Shown one piece after another: positions 1 through 12,769 of a stretch of DNA of 64,000 nt. Where the stretch lies: NCBI RefSeq assembly GCF_000143415.4, contig NW_003314270.1:680453-744452 (forward strand), in the 5' to 3' direction. Position 1 is the stretch's first letter, and each line of letters starts with the position of its first letter. The DNA comes from Selaginella moellendorffii. Taxonomy: Eukaryota; Plantae; Lycopodiophyta. The notes beneath the pieces are model-generated. The model ran no database searches, had not been told where the DNA came from, and saw nothing but the letters and a program-made list of their open reading frames with translations. A program made the position numbers and the translations under genes.

Positions 1-31
1 CTCTCGCTTATCCCTCGCTTCGTTCTTCCAG

Positions 32-3000
32 GCGGCCAGAATCGATCGAGAGAAGAGGCCTCGCCCCCACGCGTGAAGCTCATGTGTAGCTTTGGTGGGC
101 GAATTCTTCCACGTCCATCCGATGGAAAGCTCCGGTACGTTGGTGGCGAGACGCGAATTGTGAGCCTCAAGAGGGACGTGAGCTACGCGGAGCTCATGCT
201 CAAGATGAAGAAGCACTACGGGGAGGATCTGTCACTTAAGTACCAGTTGCCCAACGAGGATCTGGACGCATTGATATCGGTCTCTACCGACGAGGACTTG
301 CAAAACATGATGGAGGAGTATGACCGGCTCGAGGACAACGATGGCTTGCAGCGGCTCAGGGTGTTTCTCTTCTCGGTTGCTGATGGTGAGAGCCTCTCGA
401 TCGATCCTTTGGACCCGAGAAAGTCCGAGCAGTGGTACGTGGAGGCTGTCAACGGGTTGCTGGAAACGGGGTCGAGGAAATCCGAGAGTGGGGTCAGTGG
501 CGGTGGCATTAGTGCTCGTCCTAGCGCTGAGAATCTTGTTGCTTTAGACGCCACCCTCGAAGAGCAGTTACTCGCTAAGAAGCTACAGGGGGCCTTTAAC
601 TCGGCGTCGTCGTCGCCAGCTTTAGTCCCACAGCAGCCGTATGCCAGGAATCTTGGGGGTCATGCTTACGGGATGTTTGCATCGGAAGGACAGCAGCAGC
701 ACTTTGGGAATTTAAACACGGACGTAGGCCACTTCGACTTGGATCACTACTATCCAAATTCTCGAGCGGAGGTGACGCATGATCATGACCGGATTCTACG
801 TGGCTATCCTCACGAGACGAAGATGCCTCGGGTTGGCTCTCATGGGAAGCTTTCAAGGCTTCAGGAGCAGCAACTTGATGATAGCCAGCAGCAGCACTTT
901 GGGAACTTAAACACGGACGTAGGCCACTTCGACTTGGATCACTACTATCCAAATTCTCGAGCGGAGGTGACGCATGATCATGACCGGATTCTACGTGGCT
1001 ATCCTCACGAGACGAAGATGCCTCGGGTTGGCTCTCATGGGAAGCTTTCAAGGCTTCAGGAGCAGCAACTTGATGATAGCCAGCAGCAGCAGCAGCAGCA
1101 GGACTTGCTACCTCACGACCTTTTTATGGAGCCGAGGCCAAGGTTCGTCGTGCAGCCGCCGCAGCCACATCGTCAACACCCTCTCGATAGCAACCAGGAT
1201 TACAGGAGGCCAGAGTTTCAGCACTCCGACAGTGGATTCCCACATATGCTTCAGCACCAACAAGCGCAGCCGGTGATGTATCTCAAGGATCCCGTGTACA
1301 GAGCTGAAGCATACCACCGCCACCAGCTTCCGGACGATTATCAAGGCCACGACTTTATCCAGCACGAGGACTATTGTCCTGGTCATATGTACCAGAGAAA
1401 CTCTAATCACGGGGATGGTGGCGGGATGGGAGCTCACTCAGCTCCATATCAGATTGGATCGTCGCCATCTTCACCTCGACTAGCGTACCGTGATGGCAGA
1501 CTCCATCCGCAGTTGAGTGTGCATAGGCCGTATCCTGGAAATCCCGTCGACCATCAATATGGAAGGAGGCCTCATACACACGAAGAATCTGGTCGGAGTT
1601 ACAGGCTTTCATCGTCGCCACCTCGCTATCGTGATCATCACCTTGATGAACCGTTGCCGTTTCTACATCATCATGAGCGGTTTCCATCGGATCAAGTGGC
1701 TATGGCTCTTATGTTCGACAAGAAGCAAGGACCAGAGATGCTGCCCAGGCAAGCTATGGGCCTATACGGTCCAGGATATCAGGAAAATTCTTTCTATTAT
1801 CCGGACAATGGTCAAAGAGGTGGCGAGCCAAGGCGCCAAGTTAAAACATCTCCGCACTTGAATCCCAGATTTGATTACCAAGACCATCTGGTGCAAATGG
1901 AGCAACTTTCGCTTCATGGCCATCAACCAGAGGTAGAGAGAAACTTGGAAGCAGAAGACTCGGGGCTTAGGAATCAAAAACCACTCATCGAGGTAAACCA
2001 CTCGCCTCGTGTTCTTCTCTTTTGAAGCTTACATTTATATATTTCCTTTTTCCTGCAGCCTGAGCCCCGCCAAGCTGTTACGAACTCGCTGCCTTTTGTG
2101 GTGCACGGAAGTGGCATTGGGCCCTCTAGTCAGGTTCCTCCAAAATTTATGGACTCCCAGCCATTGAACCGGTCATCGACGTCAGGGATAAATACCTCCG
2201 AGACAGGATTTGGCAGCAGATGGATGACCGAAGACGAGACACCGGATCTTCTCACTGATGCGGGCTCTAGCGCGAGAGTAAACATCGCTAGGCCTTCCAG
2301 CAATAATAATCTTACAGGTCTAGTCAGCCAGGTTGGTTCAGCAGCTCAGAGTCAGCAGGCATCCGCAGCTTACAGTTGTGCTCCTTCTGTTAGTCTTCCC
2401 ATTTTCGATACCATATCTCAGTGGAATCGGAGCATTGGGGCTGGGGACCTTGAAGCAAGTGCTGTGAAGAGTGAAATTGATGACGACGCATCCCGCAAGC
2501 TTTCTCACATGATGTCGGAAACTGGTCATCTGGCGGAAGACATGGTTTCGTCAGTGTTGAGGTCCAACTACGAGTTTCCGGCAACGTCGTCAAATTTTCC
2601 AGTCCAGAAGGAGATTGAACCTGTCCAGGAATTGGATCTGGTGCCACAACCAACGTTGACTGTGCAGAACTGGGACAAAGTTCTTTGCCGTGACGAGGAG
2701 CCTATTACCGAAAACGAGGCATGTAGAGAGCATACTAGCGTTGAAGCTCATGATAAGGTGGTCTCTTGTTTTTATATCCTCTTTTGCTAACTTGTCTTTT
2801 CAGGCTGAAGGCAGCCATGACTCTCCTCCTCCAGGTGATATCTCGTTAGCTGCGGAACAGGAAGCGAAATCTCGTGGCTTGCAGGTAATTTTGTTTATGT
2901 CTTCTTGTCGTTGACTCGGCTAACATGCTTTTGATGTTATGATTAGATAATAAAAAACTCCGATCTCGAGGAAATCCGAGAGCTCGGATCTGGAACATAT

Positions 3001-4075
3001 GGTACAGTCTACCATGGAAAGTGGAGGGGAACAGATGTCGCGATTAAGCGTATAAAAGCCAGCTGCTTCGAAGGAAGGCCGGTGGAACGAGATCGTCTGG
3101 TATGTATCCTCCCATTAATACGTTCCAAACTGAACAACCTTTTTCCAGATACTTGATTTCTGGAGAGAGGCGGGCACGCTGAGTAAGCTCCACCATCCGA
3201 ATGTTGTGGCTTTCTACGGCGTGGTTCCCGACGGCCCTGGCGGAACGCTGGCAACCGTCACAGAGTATATGGTAAATGGATCGTTGAAGCAAGTGCTTCA
3301 GAAGAAAGACAGGTACGTGAACTCAAAAGAGGATGGACTGTATCGGCTAACTTGCCAGATTTCAGAACCATTGATCGTCGGAAGCGACTGTTGATAGCAA
3401 CAGACGCTGCTTTTGGGATGGAGTATCTACACGGAAAGAACATCGTTCATTTCGACCTGAAGTGCGAGAATTTGCTGGTCAACATGAGGGATCCACATCG
3501 GCCAGTGTGCAAGGTAATGATATCTTCGTCTCTCGTTCTTTCACTTTGTAGTGAGTGACTGTGCACGTTTCCAGGTTGGAGATCTGGGACTGTCGAAAGT
3601 TAAGCGCCAGACAATGGTGTCTGGTGGCGTCCGAGGAACTTTGCCGTGGATGGCTCCTGAGCTCTTGAGCACCTCGAGCTGTATGGTCAGTGAGAGAGTA
3701 AGTGACTTCGGCACCCAGAATTCTTCTTTCGGTTTTATAGCGGCGATGTGTTTTGGTATATCAGGTGGATGTTTTCTCATTCGGGATAGTTATGTGGGAG
3801 CTTCTCACCGGAGAGGAGCCTTATGCAAACATGCACTACGGAGCGATCATAGGTGAGATGTTTTTCGAGATCGTTTCATCTTGAAGCTTTTCGTGTCAAA
3901 ACCAGGTGGCATTGTTAGCAACACGCTTCGTCCACCGATTCCAAATTGGTGTGAGCCAGCGTGGAGGTCTCTGATGGAACGGTGCTGGGACGCCGATCCC
4001 TCGGCGAGGCCATCGTTTGCCGAGATTGCCAGCGAGCTCAGGTCGATGAGTTCGTCGCTACAACCCCGATCTTGA
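32..4075 (+). CDS. PB1-domain Raf-like MAPKKK (B4 subgroup, HCR1/PRAF-like), probably 5'-partial
   Basis: PB1 domain ([28 protein letters not shown]...[14 protein letters not shown]) and C-terminal kinase ([52 protein letters not shown]). GT-AG exons: 32-1992, 2059-2757, 2804-2884, 2947-3099, 3149-3312, 3366-3513, 3575-3697, 3765-3852, 3906-4075 (TGA). A pyrimidine tract ending in AG at 31 suggests an upstream exon outside the window. Confidence 0.95.
691..1080 (+). repeat. In-frame tandem duplication, 2 x 195 bp (65 aa), in the kinase linker
   Basis: 691-885 and 886-1080 match except one synonymous AAT/AAC difference that I spotted; both start in CAG runs and are followed by a (CAG)7 tract at 1081. 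Confidence 0.95.
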
Positions 4076-6853
4076 CGAAGAACACGTAGGAAAAGAAAGA
4101 GAGCTGTTAAAGAAGCCGTGTGTTACAGTTTTATTCAACTGTGACAGGTGAGCACAAGTTGGTTTGTGGTGTTTATATGGCAAATCTCTTATTACGTTTG
4201 TGTGTTTTCTGTTTCTTTGTTTTTACAGAGAAAAGAGCGACCACCGATTCATTTTTTCTTTTTTGTTTTTTATTTTTGGATATGCCTTGTATATGCTAGC
4301 CTTTCTCTACGTCCATTGGTTTGTATATAGATGTATATATATTTCTAATGCTCGCCTCTTTGTCTACTAGGAGAGAATGACTTTTGGCAAAAGAGAAAGG
4401 GAAGCTAGCTAGAGAGGCTGGTTTGCGCTTTTCTTTGGTGATGGCCGGCTGGAAGCAAAGCAGCAAATCGATCAATCAAATCAAATCTAGCACACCATCA
4501 GGAAGAACAATGACTGTCGAGGAGAAAAGAAAGAAAACACAAAGGAGAAGAAGACGAAGAAGAAGAAGACCAAGCTGGCTAGTTTGTTGACAAAGCGCAC
4601 CGAGGGACAGACAGGGCTGACAGACAAAGACGATCACAGGGTTGATTGGATCCAAACGTCTTCGTTACCTTTTTCTTTAAATTTCTAGTATATTTTTTTA
4701 AAATGCTTTGGCTTGGAAGCAAAGCTGCCAAGTGCCAAATGCGAAACGCCAAATACGAGGAATAACACTTCATTTCTTATATTTATTTATTTTTTCGTTT
4801 TTTTTTTTGTTTTTTTTTTTATTCAAGGTTGCTGATACTGGGCCCTAAGCTATTCTGATGGAGCGTGCCTCCTGTGTTGTGTCTTGTGTGAAACATGTCT
4901 ACTTAACTGTCAGGCTTTGACACTTACCAATCTACATGGCTTTGTCCTGCTCCATGCACTCTATTTTATTTAAAGTGGAATGTATGTCAATGGCAAGGCA
5001 GACAGAAAAGTGAGTGGTGCTTGCCCAGCTTCTAGTAGTTGAGCTGGCAATTCTTGCTGTGTGTGTGTGCTTTCTCTTGGTTCCATGCCAATGTTTGGTA
5101 CTAGTGGTGCAATAGGCATTTGATGCTGCTGGGCTTTGCAAAGAAGGAGTTGCAGGTTGATGGATGGAAGAATTCAAGAAGTGAAAGATTTGGTGGGTCA
5201 ACATTTCTGAAGTGAAGGTGGCCAGCAGCTGCAGCTGCACATGGCTTTACACATGGAGACTGAGATTGAACAATCTAGCCCCTGCTTGCTGGTGATGCAA
5301 CCTCTTGACAATGCCACTCAAATCAAACATTTGGTTGATTTAAACTGGAATATTCCTCTACACTTTAGGGTTTGGGGGGTTTTAGGGCTCTTGAATTCTG
5401 CGGTATGGCGGAGGAGGAGGACGACGACGACGACGATCGCTGTGCGGCGCAGGAACAGTCGAATGAGGGATCGGATCTTGCGTGCTGTGAGGTAAAAATT
5501 TGGCATCTCTCTTTCTTAGCTGTCTCTTTTTTATTTCTTTGTTCCTCTCTGCATCGCATCGCATCAGAATTGGTACTAGGAGTAGTGTTTAATATTACTC
5601 TGCCGCTGCCACATTTGCTACGTGTGCGTACAGTGCCACAGGAAAGGCATCTGGCTTCTCGGCTCGGAAAAGAGGCCACACTTCCCTTTCTTTGTTTGTC
5701 ATTGTCTCGAGTTGTTGTTCTTAAATACAGTGTTTTTAAATTTATTTCCTTCTGTTTGAAGTTCCAGTTCCAGCAGAGTTTTTTTTTGGGTTTCTGGTTT
5801 CTCATCAAATTATTGTCAATCGATGTTTCTTTGCTCTTTTTCTCTGTAGCTTTGTCTACCCTCCTTTTCTGTGTATTTATTGGATAGATTCATTGGCAAG
5901 TTCTTTGTGCACTGCTGTGAAGGTTCAGAGGACGCTTTTCCTTTTGGCTCGTCTCCCTCTCTTCCAGTCTGCTTTTCTTCGCTGGTTTTGTTTCTTGGTC
6001 CGGAGAAAGACTCATTATTCCACCGTCTCGCCGGTGACGAGAATTGGAGGTCCTTCGTCGCACGGTTTTGCGTGTCGTCGGAGGGAAATTTGAGTCTCTC
6101 CCTCGCTTTTCTGCCGAGTTTTGTTTCGTTTTATTCATTGTTGTCCTTTGTTTTTCCTTGCTTTCGTTCGCATACCTTCTTGCCTTACAAAAACATCAAT
6201 TGCGGAACAAACCCATATCGGATTCGCGGTCTTCTCGAAGCGAAAAAGAGAGGAGAAAAAAAAAAAAAAAAAGCGCGATAAAAGCAGAGAGATCTCGTTG
6301 CAGATTGCCAATGATTTCCATTCTTTCGCCTCTCAATGACAGGAAAGCTACTGTGCTGCTGCCGCTTGCTTGTCAAGTAATCCATCAATGGAGGTTGAAC
6401 AAAGCGTGACTTTCGCCAACATCACATCTAGAAAAAATTTCGTTCCGGGCATCGTGCTCTTGCTCCTCGTCGTCGGGTAAACTCAAAATTTGTCTTTCGC
6501 CTTCATTCAGATTTTCAATTTCAAACGAATGAGCTAATGGAATTCTTTCAGGCTGCGAGACGCAATGCAGCGTAACTGACGACGCAAAGAAGAAACGCTG
6601 ATTTTTATATAGCATGGGACGACAATCTTTCCTCGATACTTGGCACCAGTGCTATCTCATTGGGTTTCCGTGACGCGTGTGACTTTCATATTTCTTCGGG
6701 GATTTATTCCAGTCCAATCTATGGATCGCGCTGCGCTGCCAGGAAAATTCAGTCTCGTCCAGTAACGAAAGAAGAAGAAGAAGCATCCATCAAAGTTCTT
6801 TTTCGGCGAAGAAAAGGAGATCATCCACCGCAAAGTTCTCTCTCGGCGACAAG

Positions 6854-9136
6854 ATGATAAGTCCGGCGGAGTTCTACTCGGTCATGGCGGCAATGGTTCC
6901 ACTCTACGTCGCCATGCTCCTCGCCTACGCCTCCGTGAGGTGGTGGGGAATCCTCACGCCTGACCAGTGCTCCGGCATCAACCGCTTCGTCGCCATCTTC
7001 GCGGTGCCGCTCCTCTCCTTCCAGATCATCGCTCACAACAATCCTTACGACATGAGCCTCAAGTTCGTCCTCGCGGACGCTCTCCAGAAGATCATCGTCC
7101 TGGCGGTCCTGGGAGCCTGGGCGAGATACTCACGCCGCGGCAGCCTCGAGTGGATGATCACTCTCTTCATGCTGGCGACGCTTCCGAACACGCTGGTGAT
7201 GGGAATCCCGCTGCTCAACGCCATGTATGGTGGCGACCCCTCCAGGCTCGTCGTCCAAGCCGTCGTCCTCCAGTGCATTGTCTGGTACACGCTCCTCCTC
7301 GTCCTGTTCGAGTACCGCAGCGCAAAGATCCTCGTCGCACAAAAGTTTCCAAAGCCCGCCGCTGCCATCGCCTCCGTCAAGGCCGATCCGGACGTGGTTT
7401 CTCTCAGCTTCAAGGAAGGCCTGACCACCGAGGCCTCCGTGGGAGAAGATGGCAAGATTTACGTCCAGCTCAAGCGCTCACCACCACCAATTCGCACTGC
7501 TCCTGCGACGAAAAATCCGTTTTTTCCTCCGGCGGCGATGGCGAGCACGGCGTTTTCTTCCAAGGCCAGCACTCCCGGAGCCTCGGACCTGAGCAACGCG
7601 GAGATATACTCGGTGCACTCCTCGAGCGTCTTGACTCCTGGGCACAGCTTCCATCGCAGCAGCGACCGGAGTGACTTCTATCTGATGACGTCCGGCAGCC
7701 GGGGTGGCAGCCCGTTTCGTCTCCAGGAGCTCGACTCGGTCTTCCAGTCGTCGAATCAGTCGTCCAACGTACACACTCCTCGGGAGGCCGTCATCTCGGT
7801 AAGGGACGATCATATCTTCCCGCTGGACATGTACCGAACTGGAGGTGGCGGCGGCCGAGGAACTCCAAACTTTGACGACCACTTCCGGCACTTGGTTTGC
7901 AACCAGGGCTTCTCGCAGACGGCGGTGCAGATCACCAAGAAGGACAACGACGAGGAGGGCGCGTCCTCCAACTTGGACTACGATGCGAAAGAGCTCCAGA
8001 TGTTCGTGTGGAGTGCGAGTACGTCGCCGAGGTCGCCAGCGTCGGTGGCTGCTCCGGCGAAGCTCTTATGGCGGAAGGACGAGAAAGTTCTCATGTCACA
8101 CGAAACAACGCTGGAAGGTATGTCCAGTTGGTTTGATTGTTTAGTTGGCAAACTCGTTTTTCTTTGTTTTGCGCTCATACTCTCTCTCTCTCTCTCTCTT
8201 TCTCTGTTATTAGTTCCCGAAGAAGCAGTGACAAGACCGGATGGAAGTGCTGCTGCTGCTGTTCAGACTCCAGCGGAAAGGAACAGGCCATGGATCAAAA
8301 CTTTTCTACCATCAAAGGATGCTGCTGCAAAGCTGCCAGACGATCCGGACATGCCGTCTACAGCTGTGATGACGAAGCTCATCCTGGACATGGTGTGGAG
8401 GAAGCTTGTTCGGAATCCAAACACGTACTCGAGCTTACTGGGCTTGACGTGGGCACTCATTTCCTTCCGGTAAGATTCTTTTCTCTCTTTTCTTTCTTTT
8501 TCTTTTCTCGAAATGAAAGCTACATCTCTCCAACTGTTTTGCAACTCAGATGGAACCTCCGCATGCCAAAGATTATCGAAGGCTCCATCACGATTCTATC
8601 GGACGCCGGGCTTGGAATGGCCATGTTTAGCCTGGGTGAGTTTCTTCTTCTTCTGTTTTTCTTTGACAAACTCGATGAGCAAATCCTAGGATTGTTCATG
8701 GCTTTGCAACCAAAGCTACTCGCGTGCGGGACGTCGATGACGATAATCGGAATGGTTATCAGGTTTGTGACCAGTCCCGCGATCATGTCGGCTACTTCAA
8801 TCGCAGCGGGGCTTCGCAATATGGATTTGAGAGCGTCGATTGTCCAGGCAAGAATACTTTGTTTCTTCTTTCTTTCGTTTCTCACAAAAGGATTGTTTCT
8901 TTTCTTTTCATTTCGTGTTCTATCAGGCTGCCTTGCCGCAAGGTATTGTCCCTTTCGTTTTTGCTAAAGAGTACAATGTGCATCCAGACGTCCTGAGCAC
9001 TGCGTAAGTCTTTTGCTTTGCTTTGCTTCATTTGCTTACGAGCTAACTCGTGCTTGCAATTTTTATCAGAGTCATCTTTGGTATGCTCGTATCGCTTCCT
9101 ATCACACTGCTCTATTACGTGCTTCTGGGATTATAG
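6854..9136 (+). CDS. PIN: PIN-FORMED auxin efflux carrier (long loop)
   Basis: [31 protein letters not shown]...[11 protein letters not shown]...[13 protein letters not shown]; [11 protein letters not shown]; [14 protein letters not shown]; [16 protein letters not shown]. Exons 6854-8117, 8214-8469, 8550-8635, 8690-8847, 8927-9003, 9070-9136; intron 4 is GC-AG. Confidence 0.97.
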
Positions 9137-9502
9137 TTGATACAGTTGCCAGATTTTACGAGCATCTATTAGGACGATTTAAGCTCATCCGGGCCGTCCA
9201 CGTGTAGGTCAGCGATGCATTCCCCAGGCGTGTCTCACATTGCGCCACGTCGGCGGCGCCCCTCACCACAATGAATCTTTCCGGGCGAAGAACACGCGGC
9301 GAGGGCCAGGGCGGCTCCAAGGCGCTCGATCGTCGGCGGCATCGATCAGGTACGTCGTCGGCTCCAATCCATCCAGCGCCATGGCGGCAAGGTCGAAATC
9401 CGGGGTTTGTGTCAGCAGCAGCAGCAGCGCCGTCAGTCCCATCGCCATCGCCGTCGCCTCGATGAGCCTCGTCTAGCCGAAATATCCACGATCGTGGCCG
9501 CG

Positions 9503-10417
9503 ATGTTGGCAATGCCCGCGATTCTAGCTCCCGCTCCATCGTCGTCCAATCCTCTCGCTCTCTCCAGGAGCCCGGATTCTCCCGGGCATCTCCTAGGGCA
9601 GAAATCCAGGGCCGCATCCAGAAAGATCTCCTCTCTCAGTCCTCCTCTCCGCCGATCCAAATGTGCTCCCTCGTCCAGGCCTCACAGATGCAACGCCTCC
9701 TCCAAGCCATCGCCATCGCCATCGCCATCGCCAGGTAATGATCCAAGTCCCAGTCCAGTCGAGCTCCCTCTCTTCCCACTCCCGCTGGTCCTCTTCCCGG
9801 GCGCCATCCTCCCGCTCCAGATCTTCGAGTTCCGCTACCGGATCATGATGCACACGCTGCTCCAGACGGATCTGCGCTTCGGGGTGGTGTTCACCGACCG
9901 ATCGACGGGGCTGGCGGAGATCGGCTGCGTGGGCGAGGTGATCAAGCACGAGAGGCTGGTGGACGATCGCTTCTTCCTCATTTGCAAGGGCCAGGAGAGG
10001 TTCCGGGTGGCGAGCGTGGTGAGAACGTCGCCATACTTGGTGGCGGAGGTGGAGTGGATCGAGGACAAGCCTCCGCAGCGTTTGAAGGAGGATGGGCAGG
10101 AGGAGGAGGAGGATCTGGAGAAGCTGGCAAGCGAGGTGGAGGCGTACATGAAGGACGTGATCCGGCTGTCGAACAGGATGAACAAGAAGGGCGACAAGGA
10201 GACGCCGGAGGACCTGCGCAAGAACTTGTTCCCGACGCCGTTTAGTTTCTGGGTGGGGAGTACGTTCGAGGGGGCGCCGCTGGAGCAGCAGGCGTTGCTG
10301 GAGCTGGAGGACACGGGGCTGCGGTTGAAGAGGGAGAAGGAGACGCTGAGGAACACGCTCAATTACCTCACTGCCGCCTCGGCTGTCAAGGACGTGTTCT
10401 CGTCTCAGTCGGACTGA
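9503..10417 (+). CDS. LON peptidase substrate-binding (N-terminal) domain protein, likely plastid-targeted, intronless
   Basis: ELPLFPLPLVLFPGAILPLQIFEFRYRIMMHTLLQTDLRFGVV...CKGQERFRV...QQALLELEDTGLRLKRE; Ser/Arg/Pro-rich transit-peptide-like N-terminus from ATG 9503; no AAA or protease domain. Confidence 0.9.
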   Translation: MLAMPAILAPAPSSSNPLALSRSPDSPGHLLGQKSRAASRKISSLSPPLRRSKCAPSSRPHRCNASSKPSPSPSPSPGNDPSPSPVELPLFPLPLVLFPGAILPLQIFEFRYRIMMHTLLQTDLRFGVVFTDRSTGLAEIGCVGEVIKHERLVDDRFFLICKGQERFRVASVVRTSPYLVAEVEWIEDKPPQRLKEDGQEEEEDLEKLASEVEAYMKDVIRLSNRMNKKGDKETPEDLRKNLFPTPFSFWVGSTFEGAPLEQQALLELEDTGLRLKREKETLRNTLNYLTAASAVKDVFSSQSD

Positions 10418-10639
10418 CCCCTTTCTCTCTCTTTTTTCCTCTCTAATTAAATTTGAATTCAAGGCTTAGGGTTAGTGTCTAGGTAAATATGTTGTAAAAG
10501 TTAGGCAATAAACTATTATGAATTATGGCAAAATTATTAAGTTTTCAAGGGAGAAGTGCTTCAATTTAACAAAAAGTGAAAGTTCAAGAGATGCAACCGA
10601 TAGCAAAAACTTGGTAACAACAGAGAAAAAGAGGAAATT

Positions 10640-12200
10640 TCAGGAGAATGACGCAATGCGACTCGAGAGCTCTCCACATTCTGTTGCTGAATGTGGAGAC
10701 ACATCTAAATGGGACGCAATGATCCCTGCCTGGACTGTGAAGTACGAAGGAGCCGCCAACCTTGGACCACCTTTTGCACCAATTCGACGAAGGAGTACGA
10801 AAGCTCCATTCAGAGCACCTCAGACAAAGCCGAAGTATATGAACGGCTTCCTGGTTGTCCAGTCAAGCGGAGTGTTACTGAGCTCAAGCACAAGGGCGTG
10901 TTCGTTTGCTACTGCAACTGCCAAGTTAGGGGTGATGGCGTTCCGCTGGGGAGGCTTGCACGACACAACGTTCCGAAGCTCCATCTTCGACGAGCTCTCT
11001 CCATGCTCCCACACTTTGCAAGCTTGGTGGAAAAGAACTGCCCTGAAGGTCAAAAGGCATGCAGGGGATATGGCTTGTCGCCTTGGAGCAGCACTGCAAG
11101 ATGTGGAGGGGTCAGGGCGTGACAACCACGTTATTCTTCAAGGCAGGGAGAAGTCTCGGGTCTGGATGCAGTCTGTCGGGAATGGTATGCAGTGCCAAAG
11201 TGTGAAGCTGAAGATCTGTGGCTGCTTGTAAGCTGGTTGGCGGAGAGTGCTTTTTGGGACGTTGAGCAGTATGCAGAGAGTGAGCCGGGAACAAGCACTT
11301 GCCGTCCTGAATGCACGTCTGGCTATCGGCATCGTTCCCCAAGGTGGTCTGGCAGCGGAGTAAGCTGCAGGATATATGAGCTACGTGTCTGTGGGATCCG
11401 GCATTGTCTGCGGCGGCCTGCATGTTCACTTCGCATGAAGTGAGGCTCTAAAGCATCTGAAGGATCTCTGCAGGGGCTTCCTAAAGGAGGAGAACCGATG
11501 GCGAGATACATCTTAATGCGAGTAAAGACAAGTGTGTTGAAAACAAGGAGGACTACTTTGACAGCTTCAGCCTTGTGGTTTTCCCAGAGAAAGTAGTTGG
11601 AGAGCAACACGCTCTCAATCCGGAAGGTTCCTGCTCCGACCTTGTTGTGGACTGTAGAGGTCAACATTATGAGTGTGGCTTACGCACCAGGATTGGTGGT
11701 GGTAAGTAGAGCGTTGCTGTTAGCTGCACACCATCAGAGCGGGATACCGAATTTCTGGAGGCTGACAAGCTGCGGGTAAGGATGCGGAAAGTTTGTTACG
11801 TGAACAGCATTCTTATCGGGCCAAACCAAAGAAAGTACAGCGGAGGCTAGCATTCGCAGCTTGTCCAAGTCGAGAGTACTTGTCCTTCTGGCTTTGCCAA
11901 ATCCGCTCTGTTGCACCACGAGTTTGCGAAATCAACAGCGAGTGAAGTGAGCCATCCGGGCTTACATGTTGAGAACATCAAGGAACGGTATGTTTCCTTC
12001 CGGAGTTGCCCGTTGCCATCAAGCAGTAGATTCCTGTTACCATCAGTCGTCTTTACTTGAGCCAGAACGTAAGTCCCAAACGAGGTTCTGCGCAACACCG
12101 GAGAGCTGGGGTCTGAGTTGACATCTTCCGACGATCTATCGAACAGCACGGAGCTTCTGCCAGCCAAGAACACACATCACAAACGACTCGACTTTAGCAA
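10640..12200 (-). pseudogene. Degraded coding-like remnant, family not identified
   Basis: About 50% GC, exon-like composition, broken into short overlapping minus-strand ORFs with stops and frameshifts; lies downstream of the OTU fragment on the same strand. Confidence 0.3.
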
Positions 12201-12769
12201 CACAATACGTACCCGTAGCGAAGATCAAGTTTCTGAAGAATTTCCGGTTCCTGTGCTAGAATCTACACGAAGTGTGTACACTATGTCTCCACTTCCACCC
12301 TGTAGAACACATATATACATATAATGAGGAACAGAGAAAATAAAAACATTCTTTTCTTACCAACCTTCAACCTTGACGAACGCTGTCATGAGCTATTGGT
12401 ATATCTATGCGAGCGGCAAGTCAGCGACTTCTCGTACAAGTCGTCCTGATCTCATCCACACCTCTGAAAAGGTACCAGCAGATGACGGTCACGAGGAGGA
12501 GCTCGCTGGTAGCATAATAATCGAAATGTCTTCGTCATATACACCCCGACTTTCCTCGTTGATGAGAACCTTGTTGGGACATGGCGGCGTGACTTGAACA
12601 ACGCACGCAGCATCACATAGGTGCTTACAAATCGAATACGGAATTAAGGCAGTCGTCTAGAGGTCCAATAAGCTCTCTGGCGTTTGCATGCCCGCAATCC
12701 AAAGTCTCAGCTGACTCCTCCTGTGAGAGATTTGATTTCATTACGCGATAAACCAAGTAGAAAGGAGTA

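Noticed and set aside
4990-5100. miRNA precursor-like hairpin (TTGCCCAGCT...AGCTGGCAA)
   Set aside because: Stem too short and no match to conserved plant miRNAs that I recognise.
5500-6850. AuxRE (TGTCTC) sites upstream of PIN
   Set aside because: Only isolated hexamers at about chance frequency, with no paired arrangement.
9156-10462. Long antisense and alternative-frame ORFs over the LON-domain gene (similarly over PIN, FUT and P450)
   Set aside because: Expected shadows of GC3-rich coding sequence; no independent protein features.
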